NCBI GenBank assembly: GCA_030390025.1
Contig: CM059432.1
Span: 8,060,001 to 8,124,000, forward strand
DNA from: Squalus acanthias
Taxonomy: Eukaryota
DNA: 64,000 nt
Direction of reading: 5' to 3'
Part shown: in pieces, positions 36,295-49,495 of the stretch
Numbering within the stretch: position 1 is the first letter of the stretch
Layout: every line of letters starts with the position of its first letter
Notes under the pieces: generated by a model
Database searches by the model: none
Seen by the model: only the letters and a program-made list of their open reading frames with translations
Told to the model about the DNA's origin: nothing
Position numbers and translations under genes: made by a program

Positions 36295-39200
36295 TTCCCC
36301 TCCCGATCTCACCCCATCCAACCCGATCTCCCCCTCTCCCGATCGCTCCCTCTCCCGATCGCTCCCTCTCCCAATCACCCCCTCTCCCGATCGCTCCCTC
36401 TCCCAATCACCCCCTCTCCCGATCACTCCCTCTCCCGACCGTCGCCACCCACCCTCCCCCGGTTTCCCCTACCCCAATCATGGCATCGAATCCCTCCGCC
36501 CCCCGATCGGCGTTGCCAACCCCCTCTGTCATTCAGGTCACTACCCTGACCGATCACCACCGACCGCTCCCTCTTCCGATCGCTCCCTCTCCCGATCGCT
36601 CCCTCTCCCAATCACCCCCTCTCCCGATCGCTCCCTCTCCCGATCGCTCCCTCTCCTGATCACTCCCTCTCCCAATCACCCCCTCTCCCAATCACCCCCT
36701 CTCCCAATCACCCCCTCTCCCAAGCACCCCCTCTCCCGATCACCCCCTCTCCCGATTGCTCCCTCCCCCGATCGCTCCCTCTCCCAATCACCCCCTCTCC
36801 CAATCACCCCCTCTCCCAATCACCCCCTCTCCCAATCATCCCCTCTCCCGATCGCTCCCTCTCCCAATCACCCCCTCTCCCGATCGCTCCCTCTCCCGAT
36901 CGCTCCCTCTCCCGATCGCTCACTCTCTCCCAATCACCCCCTCTCCCAATCACCCCCTCTCCCAATCGCTCCCTCTCCCGATCACCCCCTCTCCCACTCA
37001 CCCCCTCTCCCAATCACCCCCTCTCCTGATCACCCCCTCTCCCGATCGCTCCCTCTCCCAATCGCCCCCTCTCCCGATCGCTCACTCTCCCAATCACCCC
37101 CTCTCCCAATCACCCCCTCTCCCAATCGCTCCCTCTCCCAATCACCCCCTCTCCCGATAGTCTCCTCTCCCAATCACTCCCTCTCCCGATCGCTCACTCT
37201 CTCCCAATCACCCCCTCTCCCGATCACTCCCTCTCCCGATCACCCCCTCTCCCGATCACTCCCTCTCCCAATCACTCCCTCTCCCGATCACTCCCTCTCC
37301 CAATCACCCCCTCTCCCGATCACCCCCTCTCCCGATCACTCCCTCTCCCAATCACTCCCTCTCCCAATCACCCCCTCTCCCGATCACCCCCTCTCCCGAT
37401 CACCCCCTCTCCCGATCACTCCCTCTCCCAATCACTCCCTCTCCCGATCACTCCCTCTCCCAATCACCCCCTCTCCCGATCACCCCCTCTCCCGATCACT
37501 CCCTCTCCCAATCACTCCCTCTCCCGATCACTCCCTCTCCCAATCACTCCCTCTCCCGATCACTCCCTCTCCCAATCACTCCCTCTCCCGATCGCTCCCT
37601 CTCCCAATCACCCCCTCTCCCGATCGCTCCCTCTCCCAATCACCCCCTCTCCCGATTGCTCCCTCTCCCAATCACCCCCTCTCCCGATCGCTCACTCTCT
37701 CCCAATCACCCCCTCTCCTGATCGCCCCCTCTCCTGATCGCTCCCCTGTCCCGATCGCTCCCTCTCCCAATCACCCCCTCTCCCGATCGCTCCCTCTCTC
37801 CCAATCACGCTCCCTCTCCCAATCACCCCCTCTCCCGATCGCTCCCTCTCCCAATCACCCCCTCTCCCGATCGCTCACTCTCTCCCAATCACCCCCTCTC
37901 CTGATTGCCCCCTCTCCTGATCGCTCCCCTGTCCCGATCGCTCCCTCTCCCAATCACCCCCTCTCCCGATCGCTCCCTCTCTCCCAATCACGCTCCCTCT
38001 CCCAATCACTCCCTCTCCCGATCGCTCCCTCTCTCCCAATCACGCTCCCTCTCCCAATCACCCCCTCTCCCGATCACTCCCTCTCCCAATCACCCCCTCT
38101 CCCGATCACTCCCTCTCCCAATCACTCCCTCTCCCGATCGCTCCCTCTCCCAATCACCCCCTCTCCCGATCGCTCCCTCTCTCCCAATCACGCTCCCTCT
38201 CCCAATCACCCCCTCTCCCGATCACTCCCTCTCCCAATCACCCCCCTCTCCCGATCGCTCCCTCTCCCAATCACCCCCTCTCCCAATCACGCTCCCTCTC
38301 CCGATCGCTCCCTCTCCTGATCACTCCCTCTCCCAATCACCCCCTCTCCCAATCACCCCCTCTCCCAATCACCCCCTCTCCCAAGCACCCCCTCTCCCGA
38401 TCACCCCCTCTCCCGATTGCTCCCTCCCCCGATCGCTCCCTCTCCCAATCACCCCCTCTCCCAATCACCCCCTCTCCCAATCACCCCCTCTCCCAATCAC
38501 CCCCTCTCCCAATCACCCCCTCTCCCAATCATCCCCTCTCCCGATCGCTCCCTCTCCCAATCACCCCCTCTCCCGATCGCTCCCTCTCCCGATCACCCCC
38601 TCTCCCGATCGCTCCCTCTCCCGATCGCTCCCTCTCCCGATCACCCCCTCTCCCGATCGCTCCCTCTCCCGATCGCTCACTCTCTCCCAATCACCCCCTC
38701 TCCCAATCACCCCCTCTCCCAATCGCTCCCTCTCCCGATCACCCCCTCTCCCACTCACCCCCTCTCCCAATCACCCCCTCTCCCAATCACCCCCTCTCCC
38801 AATCGCTCCCTCTCCCGATCACCCCCTCTCCCACTCACCCCCTCTCCCAATCACCCCCTCTCCTGATCACCCCCTCTCCCGATCGCTCCCTCTCCCAATC
38901 GCCCCCTCTCCCGATCGCTCACTCTCCCAATCACCCCCTCTCCCAATCACCCCCTCTCCCAATCGCTCCCTCTCCCAATCACCCCCTCTCCCGATAGTCT
39001 CCTCTCCCAATCACTCCCTCTCCCGATCGCTCACTCTCTCCCAATCACCCCCTCTCCCGATCACCCCCTCTCCCGATCACCCCCTCTCCCGATCACTCCC
39101 TCTCCCGATCACCCCCTCTCCCGATCACCCCCTCTCCCGATCACTCCCTCTCCCAATCACTCCCTCTCCCGATCACTCCCTCTCCCAATCACTCCCTCTC

Positions 39201-39833
39201 CCGATCACTCCCTCTCCCAATCACCCCCTCTCCCGATCACTCCCTCTCCCAATCACTCCCTCTCCCGATCGCTCCCTCTCCCAATCACCCCCTCTCCCGA
39301 TCGCTCCCTCTCTCCCAATCACGCTCCCTCTCCCAATCACCCCCTCTCCCGATCGCTCCCTCTCCCAATCACCCCCTCTCCCGATTGCTCCCTCTCCCAA
39401 TCACCCCCTCTCCCGATCGCTCACTCTCTCCCAATCACCCCCTCTCCTGATTGCCCCCTCTCCTGATCGCTCCCCTGTCCCGATCGCTCCCCCTCCCAAT
39501 CGCTCCCTCTCCCGATCGCTCACTCTCTCCCAATCACCCCCTCTCCCGATCGCTCCCTCTCCCGATCGCTCCCTCTCCCGATCGCTCCCTCTCCCGATCG
39601 CTCCCCCTCCCAATCACCCCCTCTCCCGATCGCTCACTCTCTCCCAATCACCCCCTCTCCTGATTGCCCCCTCTCCCGATCGCTCCCTCTCTCCCAATCA
39701 CGCTCTCTCTCCCAATCACCCCCTCTCCTGATTGCCCCCTCTCCCGATCGCTCCCTCTCTCCCAATCACCCCCTCTCCCAATCACCCCCTCTCCTGATTG
39801 CCCCCTCTCCCGATCGCTCCCCCTCCCAATCGC
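36295..39833. repeat. 16-bp minisatellite (CGATCGCTCCCTCTCC / CAATCACCCCCTCTCC)n, ~3.5 kb, with higher-order duplication
   Basis: Direct inspection; rare variant units recur in the same order. Confidence 0.95.
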
Positions 39834-40650
39834 TGGTTAATTAGTTAAAGGTTACTGCGATGCCAACAGTTTCTGCGGCGTTTGCCTCAGTTGAACTTTT
39901 GTGACAAAATGGACAAAAGATTGAAATGACGGAGCCTCGGCTGATGCCTCCTGATGATGTGCAATCAGGGAGCAGATGGATGAAGAGTTTGAAAATGAAT
40001 TTATGATGATCTTGAAGAAAATACTTAATTGCCTGCAGACCAACATTGACATTAGCCTCAGCGAAATGAAAAAATGGCGGAAAAGCAAGCAATCCTCAAT
40101 TGCCTTTGTTGCCTCAACTAACCTTGAGGCTGCCCTTCTGCCACATGCAATGCCGGCGCTCAATGGCACGAATCAGACAAAAATAAAGGCCGGGCTTTAC
40201 TTGAAGCACAAATGCCGCTGCCTTTAGTGAAACCGAGAAGGACCTTTAACAGCTTCAAAACCTCCAAGGACATTGTCAAACCGCGATAGGTATCAAAACC
40301 TCGGCAGGTGCTAGGCAGAGCGTGCAGCTGAGCCCCATTCGGAAGGTCGTTTCTAGAATATTCTGTTCATTCCCCCCCCACCCCCCACCACCCATATGCT
40401 GTGTTTGTAAAGGCACGTAACCGAAATATTGTTTTCAGTTACAAAGTTCATAACGAACAAATCTCACTAAGAAAATATATTGTGGCAGTGACACTTTAAT
40501 ATACTTGATTCATTCTGACAAAGTAATACAGAATTTACACGGAGTTACATAGAATGTACGGCCCAGTTCGATGGTGTTTCTGGTGGCTCTTCTTCTGGGC
40601 CACCTCTGCGGCAGTGCCTGTGTTCCTGACAGGAGCCGTGGGCCATGACT

Positions 40651-41116
40651 GAAAGAAAGACTTGCATTTCTCTAGCGCCTTTCACGACCACAGGACATCT
40701 CAAAGCGCTTTACAGCCAATGAAGTACTTTTGAAGTGTAGTCACTGTTGTAATGTGGGAAACGCGGCAGCCAATTTGCGCACAGCAAGGTCCCACAAACA
40801 GCAATGTGATAATGACCAGATAATCTGTTTTTGTTATGTTGATTGAGGGATAAATATTGGCCAGTGACACCGGGGAGAACTCCCCTGCTCTTCTTTGAAA
40901 TAGTGCCGCAGAATCTTTTACGTCACCTGAGAGAGCAGACGGGGCCTCAGTTTAACGTCTCATCTGAAAGACGGCACCTTCCGACAGAGCAGCGCTCCCT
41001 CGGCACTGCACTGGAGTGCCAGCCTAGCTTTATGTGCTCAAGTCCCTGGAGTGGGACTTGAACCCACAACCTTCTGGCTCAGAGGCGAGTGTGCTACCTA
41101 ACTGAGCCACGGCTGA
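40651..41116 (-). mobile_element. Full-length DeuSINE (SacSINE1-like)
   Basis: tRNA-like head, Deu-like core, L2-type tail AAAGGCGCTAGAGAAATGCAAGTC(TTTC)n. Confidence 0.9.
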
Positions 41117-41887
41117 GGGGCTTCCCCTGTGGCCCAGTAGCCAGCCTGTAACCTGGCGGCCTGGTTGGAACAAAGGCGGCACAGAGGACTGGCGCAGGAC
41201 GAATGAGCCAGGAAACCGGGCACAGACCCGCCTGATGCGCTGCCTGTGGTCGCAAACAAAGCTGGATGTCGAGGGAGTGGAATCGCTTTCTATTCAGAAA
41301 GTTGCCAGGCTGGGGATGGGCAGCAAGTAAGGCAATGTGGGTGCAGTCGACATAGAACTACATAGAAAGCACAGCACTGAAACAGGCCGTTCAGCCCAAC
41401 TGCTCCATGCCGGTGTTCTATTCCTATTGCCCTCATGTGCTTATCTAGCTTCCCCTAGGAGCCTGACTATTTTTTAAATAATATTAATCTTAAAAACTTT
41501 TACCTTTTATTGACAGAGCTCAGATAACCCCCCCAAATTGGAGTTGCTAGGCAACGTGCTCCATTTTGTTTTCTGACCCATTAGCCACCTTCCCAGGTGT
41601 CGGGACAATTGTGTTCCTGAGTTCATTTTTTTGAAGCATATGTTTTGTGAGTATCCCTTGGTGTATTGCTTTACAAGTATGGCCCCTGCTGTAATTAAAC
41701 CTGAAGGAATTAGCTATAATCTTAAACCCCATCCCTTTGGGAGGGGGAGGAGAAAGAACATCACTTGCAGTGATTATGCGTGACCTTCAGAGACAGCATG
41801 CTCATATTTGCATTCCTTACAAGTCTGAAACAAATTTGCAAAGCAAATGGCTCTGCGTTAAGAGAGATGTTGTGCCGCTGCTCAACA

Positions 41888-42923
41888 TCAACAAGATGGT
41901 TGTGGTGGTTGAAGGTTAATCATCACAGCCCCAGGACATCGCTGCAAGAGTTCCTCAGGGCAGTGTCCTAGGCCCAATCATCTTCAGCTGCTTCATCAAT
42001 GACCTTCCCTCCAACATAAGGTCAGAAATGGGGATGTTTGCTGATGAATGCACAGTGTTCAGCACCATTCACAACTCCTCAGATAATGAAGCAGTCCATG
42101 CTCGCATGCAGCAAGACCTGGACGACGTTCAGGCTTGGGCTGATAAGTGGCAGGTAACATTTGCGCCACAGAAGTGCCAGGCAATGACTAACCACCGCCC
42201 CATGACATTCAACAGCATTACCATTGCCGAATCCCCCAGGATCAACATCCTGGGGGTCACAATTGACCAGAAACTTAACTGGACCAGCCACATAAATACT
42301 GTGGCAACAAGAGCAGGTCAGAGGCTCGGTATTCTGTGGCGAGTGTCTCACCTCCTGACTCCCCAAAGCCTTTCCACCATCTACAAGGCACAAGTAAGGA
42401 ATGTGATGGAATAATCCCCACTTGCCTGGATGAGTGCAGCTCCAACAACACTCAAGAAGCTCGACACCATCCAAGACAAAGCAGCCCGCTTGATTGGCAC
42501 CCCATCCAACACCTTAAACATTCACTCCCTCCACCACCGGCGTACCGTGGCTGCAGTGTGTACCATCTACAAGATGCACTGCAGCAACTCGCCAAGGCCT
42601 CTTCGACAGCACCTCCAAAACCCGCAACCTCTACCGCCTAGAAAGACAAGGGCAGCAGGCGCATGGGAACACTACCACCTCCAAGTTCCCCTCCAAGTCA
42701 CACACTATCCTGACTTGGAAATATATCGGTCGTTCCTTCATCGTCACTGGGTCAAAATCCTGGAACTCCCTCCCTAACAGCACTGTGGGAGAACCTTCAC
42801 CACACGGACTGCAGCGGTTCAAGAAGGCGGCTCAACACCACCTTCTCAAGGGGCAATCAGGGATGGGCAATAAATGCTGGCCTTGCCAGCGATGCCCGCA
42901 TCCCAGGAACGAATAAAAAAAAA
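41888..42923 (+). mobile_element. CR1/Jockey-group LINE (distinct family), 3' ~1 kb; other copies at ~43315-44040 (-) and ~50400-51560 (+)
   Basis: VPQGSVLGP..FINDL..MFAD(D/E)CT..IYKAQVR.VMEY..SWNSLP; poly(A)-like end. Confidence 0.9.
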
Positions 42924-44040
42924 CTGTGGAACCTGGAGGTTACAAGGAAGTCTGAAGGAGAAACCGAGCGATCAACTGTGATCGAAATTCAAACTTCTGG
43001 CACTTTTACGTTCATGATCAAGAAGAAAGCTTCAATGAGATTGATTACTTGCAAGCCTTTAATTAGGGCCTGGTTTCTTCTGACCTACACCATCCATTTA
43101 ATTTAAACAGCCTCAAGGGCTGGGAAGTGTCATCAGTTGTTCCTAAACATATTCCACCAGCGCAGGAACGTGCATTCCTTTGCAATTCAGAGTACTTTTA
43201 AATTGCAGCCACTCGTCTGAGGCCTGGTGACTGCGGTTTCGGATAAGGCAGAGAGAATAAACACATAAGAAAATATGAAACAGGAGCAGGAATAGGTAGC
43301 AGGAGAAAGAATGGTGATATATCTCTAAGTTAGGATGATGTGCGACTTGGAGGGGAACGTAGGGGTGATGGTGTTCCCATCCACCTGCTGCCCTTGTAAG
43401 CGTTGGAGAGGTTTTGGGGCAGTCAGGGGGTGAGCCACTCACTGTAGAATGCCCAGACTCTGGTGCGCCGGTGGTGGAGGGAGTGAATGTTTAAGGTGGT
43501 TGGATGGGGTGCCAATCAAGCAGGCTGCTTTGTCCTGGATGGTGTCGAGCTTCTTGAGTGTTGTTGGAGCTGCACTCATCCAGGCAAGTGGAGAGTATTC
43601 CATCGCACTCCTGACTTGTGCCTTGTAGATGGTGGAAAGGCTTTGGGGAGTCAGGAGGTGAGACACTTGTCGCAGAATTCTTAGCCTCTGACCTGCTCTT
43701 GTTGCCATAGTATTTATGTGGCTGGTCCAGTTAAGTTTCTGGTCAACAGTGAACTCCAGATGGTGGGGGACTCAATGATAGTAATGTTGTTGAATGTCAA
43801 GAGGAGGCGGTTAGGCTCTGTCTTGTTGGAGATGGTTATTGCCTGGCACTTGTGTGGCACGAATGTTACTTGCCACTTAACAGCTCAAGCATGGATGCTG
43901 TGCAGGTCTCGCTGCATGCGGGCATGGATTGCTTCATTATCAGGGGAAATGTGAATGCATTGAACATTATGAAATCATCAATAAACAGCTCCATTTCTGA
44001 CCTTATGATGGAAGGAAGGTCATTGATGAAGCTGTTGAAA

Positions 44041-44695
44041 ATTTAATGCAGAAAAGTGCGAAGTGATACCATTATGGTAGAAATGAGGAGGCAACATATA
44101 AACTAAAGGGTACAATCCTGAAGGGGGTGCATAAACAGAGAGACCTGGGGGGTATATGTGCACAAATCGTTGAAGGTGGCATAGCAGGTTGAGAAAGCAG
44201 TTAAAAATGCTTACGGGATCCTGGGCTTCATAAATAGAGGCATAGAGTACAAAAGTTTGGAAATTATGATGAACCTGTATAAACCTGTATAAAACACTGG
44301 TTTGGCCCCAACTGGAGTATTGTGTCCAATTCTGGGCACCACATTTTAGGGGAAGGATGTGTAGGCCTTAGAGAGGGTTCAGAAAAGATTTACGAGAATG
44401 ATTCCAGGAATGATGCGGACTTCAGTTATGTGGATAGATTGGAGAAGCTGGGGTTGTTCTCCTTAGAGCAGAGAAGATTGAGAGGAGATTTGATAGAGGT
44501 GTTCAAAATCATGAGGGGTCTGGACAGAGTAGATAGAGAGAAACTGTTCCCATTGGCGGAAGGGTCGAGAACCAGAGGACACAGATTCAAGGTGATTGCC
44601 AGAAGAACCAAAGGCAACGTAAGAAAAAACTTTTTACGCAGCGAGTGGTTAGGATCTGGAATGCACTGCCTGAGAGGGTGGTGGGGCAGATTCAA
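44041..44695 (+). mobile_element. CR1 fragment
   Basis: FSYVDRLEKLGLFSLEQRRLRGDLIEVFKIMRG. Confidence 0.9.
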
Positions 44696-44866
44696 TCCAC
44701 ACGAGCCGCCTCCCTCCCTACCACATCTAACCCTATCAGCATAACCTTCTATTCCTTTCTCCCTTATGTACTTATCTACCTTCCCATTAAATGCACTTTA
44801 CCTCCTTCAAGCATTTCATTTTGTTCTACTCCTCTCACCTCTTGTTTAAAATTCTTATGGTCTACT

Positions 44867-45699
44867 TCTCTTCTTCTTCTTCTTAGGCAGTCCCTCGGAG
44901 CCGAGGATGACTTGCTTCCACATTAAAAATGAGTTCTCAGGTGACTGATGAGTCCAATGCGGGACCGACAGTCTCTGTCACAGGTGGGGTAGACGGTGGT
45001 TGAAGGGGCGGGTGGGTGGGGTGCTTGGATTGACGTGCGCTCCTTCCGCTGTTTGCGCTTGGCTTCTGCTTGCTCCCGGCGAAGAGACTCGAGGTATTCG
45101 GTGCCTTCCCGGATGCTTCTCCTCCACTTTGTACAGTCTTGGGCCAGGGATTCCCAGGTGTCGGTGGGGATGTTGCACTTTTTCAAGGAGGCTTTGAAGG
45201 TGTCCTTGAAGCGTTTCCTCTGCCCACCTGGGGCTCTCTTGCCGCGTCGGAGCTCCGAGTAGAGCGCTTGTTTTGGGAGTCTCGTATCGGGCATGCGGAC
45301 GATGTGACCCATCCATCGGAGCTGATCGAGCGTGGTCAAAGCTTCGATGCTGGGGATGTTGGCCTGAGCAAGAACACTGACGTTGGTGCGCCTATCCTGC
45401 CAATGGATTTGCAGGCTCTTGCGGAGGCAGCGTTGGTGATACCTCTCCAGTACTTTGAGGTGCCTGCTGTACATGGTCCATGTCTCTGAGGCATACAGGA
45501 GGGCGGGTATTACTACTGCTCTGTAGACCATGAGCTTGGTGCCAGGGTTTGAGGTCTTGGTCTTCAAACACTCTCTTCCTCAGGCGACAAGGCCTTGGCC
45601 AACATGAACCACTTTCCATACCTCGGGAGCCTACTGTCAACAAGGGCAGACGTCGATGACGAAGTCCAACACCGCCTTCAGTGTGCCAGTGCAGCCTTC
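44867..45699 (-). mobile_element. RTE-clade LINE 3' fragment with a 5' inversion (~45591-45703 on the plus strand)
   Basis: KLMVYRAVVIPALLYASETW..QLRWMGHIVRMPDTRLPK..GGQRKRFKD..C2H2-like end; (AAG)n tail; TSD GGTCTACT. Confidence 0.93.
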
Positions 45700-45973
45700 G
45701 GTCTACTACCTCCCTAGCCACAACCTAAGTTTCTCCCTAAGATTGTCCTCCTTTCTTCCTTCCCCCAGCCTCTGCACCGAGTGACAGCTCATCCTCGGTA
45801 CTTTCATTCACCTCAGTTCTCTTTGCCCTCTCTCTTCCCAATACACCTGCCCTCTCGAAAACTCTCTTCTCCTACAGACATCATCAATTCAAGCTTTTGT
45901 TGTAAATTACTCTTAAAAAGTTCAGTTATCGGCAACCAATATTGAATTAACTTGTATGCAAAATAAAACCTTT

Positions 45974-46736
45974 GGGCTAGATTTTGATACTGGGGCGGGT
46001 TGGGGTCGTGTCATCCGCATTTCGTGTTATCCACCCGACTGCAATTGGATGTGGGAGATTGATGCAATTTTCACCTAATTGTGCAATTGAGTTCCAGCAT
46101 GTGGGAACCCATGAACCAATTAGTGGTTTCAGTCTGAAAGTCGCCTCTGATGATGTCATCATTGCTGCTGCATTGAAGGTCTTCAGAGACTGCCTGGCCT
46201 TTGCTGTGAGTGGACCTGGATACAGCAGCTCAGAGAGAGAAGAAGAGAGAGAAGAGAGAGAGAGAGAGAGAATTTTTTTTGCATCCAGGTCCTCTCACAG
46301 CAAAGGCCAGGCAGTTTCTGAAGACATTCAATGTAGCAGCATCAGAGGTGACTTTCAGACCTAATACTACTACTACTACCTTCATCACATCTCCATTGTA
46401 ATAGTGGACCTGCAGCTGATAGTCAGCTATCCACTTGTGCTCCCGCCAGGTTTCACTGGCGTGTTTCAGATCAGGCGTGCTTCACGTTGGAAAAGGGTTA
46501 AACTAGCTAAAACGTTTCAAAATGGCATTACAGAGCCAATTTAGGGCTTGTTATGGGTTTTAATGGCCTCTCCCGCCTCTTGGAGGCGGGACGGAGTCGG
46601 GAACACTGCACACAATTTCATCAAAATTGCGTGGAGGCGGAATGGAGGCGGGATCAGGTCCGCCCGCCACTTTTCGCAATTTTAACCCCCCACACGCCTC
46701 CAAACCCGCCTCCACGGCCCTATGAAAATCCAGCCC
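45974..46736. mobile_element. Harbinger-type MITE with an internal hairpin
   Basis: TIR GGGCTAGATTTT / AAAATCCAGCCC; TSD TTT; inverted sister of 60844-61611. Confidence 0.92.
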
Positions 46737-47359
46737 TTTCTGTATTTAGCCAAGGCGGAAGGACTATGTAGACAGCCTTCAAACCATTTCACTGTAACTC
46801 CTTGCAATACTTGAAGATCTTTGGAGCTTTTAAATAGGAACAGGAGTAGGCCATTCAGCCCCTTGGGCCTGTTCCGCCATTCTATTAGATCATGCTGATC
46901 TGTATCTCAACTCTGTTTACCTGCCTTTGCTCCGTATCCCTTGATACCCGAACACAACAAAAGTCTATCGATCTCGGTCTTGAAAAGTCAATTGGCCCAG
47001 CATCCACAGCCTTTTGCGGAAGATAGTTTCTGATTTCCACTACCCTTTAAATCACTCATAGCTTTCAGAAAAACAACATGAGTAATTTCTGTGAATATCG
47101 GATATTACAGAGCAGAAATAGTTAAAGGAAATAGTTGCCTTGGAACAGTTTTACAACTATCTGGACAGTTAATTTCTGTCCCCATGAGCAGAAATGATTC
47201 TGTAAAACCATTTGCCACAGTTACGAGATTACTAGGCTAGTAAATTTCCAGGTAAATTAACAGCAATAAAAAGTGAAAACGGTATTTGCTTTTGAGCACA
47301 ATTAATCTAATTCTTAGAAATGTCCATTTTTCATGTATACCTATGAAATTTGCAAGGAA

Positions 47360-48142
47360 TAACAACAACTTGCATTTGTACAGCGCCTTTAACGTAGTAA
47401 AACGTTCCAAGGCACTTCACAGGAGCGATTATCAAACAAAATTTGACATCGAGCCACATAAGGAAATATTAGGACAGGTGACCAAAAGCTGGGTCAAAGA
47501 GGTAGGTTTTAAGGAGCGTCTTAAAGGAGGAGAGAGAGGTAGCGAGGTGGAGAGGTTTAGGAAGGGAATTCCAGAGCTTAGGGCCTTGACAGCTGAAGGC
47601 ACGGCCACTGATGGTGAATCGATTATAATCAGGGATGCTCAAGAGGCCAGAATTAGAGGAGTGTAGATATCTCAGAGGGTTGTGGGGCTGAAGGAGATTA
47701 CAGAGATAGGGAGGGGCAAGGCCATGGAGGGATTTGAAAACAAGGATGAGAATTTTTAAATCGCGGCGTTGCTTAATCGGGTGCCAATGTAGGTCAGCGA
47801 GCACAGGGGTGATGGGCGAACGGGACTTGGTGCGAGTTAGGTGACGGGCAGCTGAGTTTTGGATGACCTCAAGTTTACGGAAGGTAGAACGTGGGAGGCC
47901 GGCCAGGAGTGCGTTGGAATAGTCAAGTGTAGAGGTAACAAAGGCATGGATGAGGGTTTCAGCAGTAGATGAGCTGAGGCAGGGGCGGAGTCAGGCGATG
48001 TTTCGGAGCTGGAAATAGGCGGTCTTAGTGATGGCTCGGATACACCAAATTTGCGAACAGTTTGCCTCAGGCAGTTGTCAGGGAAAGGAATGGAGTCAGT
48101 GGCTAGGGAACAGAGTTTGTGGCGGGGACCGAAGACAATGGT
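47360..48142 (-). mobile_element. L2 LINE 3' fragment (flanked by CR1 3' ends at ~46835-47048 and ~48150-48487)
   Basis: LADLHWHPIKQR.DLKILILVFK..GRAFSCQGPKLWNSLP..FKTLLKTYLF. Confidence 0.9.
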
Positions 48143-48903
48143 TGTGAAGGAATGTGTTAAAATCATGAAGGTTTTGATAGAGTTAATAAGCAGGAATTGA
48201 TTCCACTGACAGGAGGGTGGGTAACCAGAGGACACAGACTTAAGGTAATTGGCAAAAGAACCACAGGTGACAGGAGGAAAAATAAATTTGTGCAGTGTTA
48301 TGTTCTGGAAGCATATTCAATAATAACTTTAAAAAAAAATTGGATAAATACTTGAAGGGGAAAAATTTGCAGCGCTTTGGGGAAAGAGCAGGGGAGTGGG
48401 ACTAATGGGATCGCTCTTTCAAAGAGACGACACAGGCACAATGGGCTGAATAGCCTCCTTCTGTGCTGTCCGATTCTATGATTCTGTGAATTGCTCTTTG
48501 TCCTAAATGGGCAGTAACGAGAGACATTCCTTTTAACCGCCCAAGGTTGTGTGTGTGTGTGTGCGGCAGAGCCTGAACTCTCCTGATTTTACACCTTCAA
48601 TTCTTTCATACGTCATTGCAATAAGAGCAGGGGCGGGGGGGGGGTCAACAAAGCTGTAAAAAAAAAAGTAACAGTTAGCTACTGCGTCCAATGGCTGGGG
48701 GCACAGATAATGAGAGGGGACAGATTTAAGGAGTTTGTAAAAAAGAAACCAAATCTCACAACTAGCAACTGCACTGCAGCAAAGCAAAACTGTAAACAAA
48801 AGCAGATACCTGCGAGCTCAGTGAAGAGAGCCACGCTTTTTAGATACTGTTACTAACTCTTGTCTTGCTTTGTTGATCTTGTTAATGCGTTTTTGCATTG
48901 CAG

Positions 48904-48942
48904 TTAAGCTCAGTGGAATAAGCTTTCAGAATTACGTGGAAG
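48904..48942 (+). CDS. Candidate 39-bp symmetric (phase 1-1) coding micro-exon
   Basis: Consensus branch point TACTAAC at 48851, T-rich tract, TTGCAG acceptor, AAG|GTATAT donor; only the phase-1 frame is open: (V)KLSGISFQNYVE. Confidence 0.5.
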
Positions 48943-49029
48943 GTATATTTTCATTTCATGAGGAAAACGCAACGCGTGGTTAGGATTTGGAATGCGCAGC
49001 CTGATAGGGTGGAGGATACAGCCTTCAAA

Positions 49030-49495
49030 ATAAATACTTGCATTTCTATAGCGCCTTTCACGACCACCGGACGTCTCAAAGCGCTTCACAGCCAATGAAG
49101 TACTTTTGGAGTGCAGTCACTGTTGTAATGTGGGAAACGGGGCAGCCAATTTGCGCACAGCAAGCTCCCACAAACAGCACTGTGATAATGATCGGGTTAT
49201 CTGTTTTGTTATGTTGATTGAGGGAGAAATATTGGTCAGGACACCGGGGATAACTCCCCTACTCTTCTTCAAAATAGTGCCATGGGATCTTTTACGTCCA
49301 CATGAGAAGGCAGACAGGGCCTCGGTTTAACATATCATCCGAAAGATGGCACCTCCGACAGTGCAGCACTCCCTCAGAACTGCACTAGAGTGTCAACCTA
49401 GCTTTATGTGCTCAAGTCCCTTGGAGTGGGATCTTGAACCCACAACCTTCTGACACCAGGGGTAAGTGCGCTACCCACTGAGCCACAGCTGACAC
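49030..49495 (-). mobile_element. Full-length DeuSINE; another split copy at 50130-50275 plus 51560-51875
   Basis: Similarity to 40651-41116. Confidence 0.88.

Noticed and set aside
37905..39731. 608-aa Pro/Ser-rich ORF
   Set aside because: Translation of the 16-bp minisatellite
39976..40227. 83-aa ORF MDEEFENEF...
   Set aside because: No recognisable domain or clear splice signals; probably internal sequence of the element hosting the minisatellite
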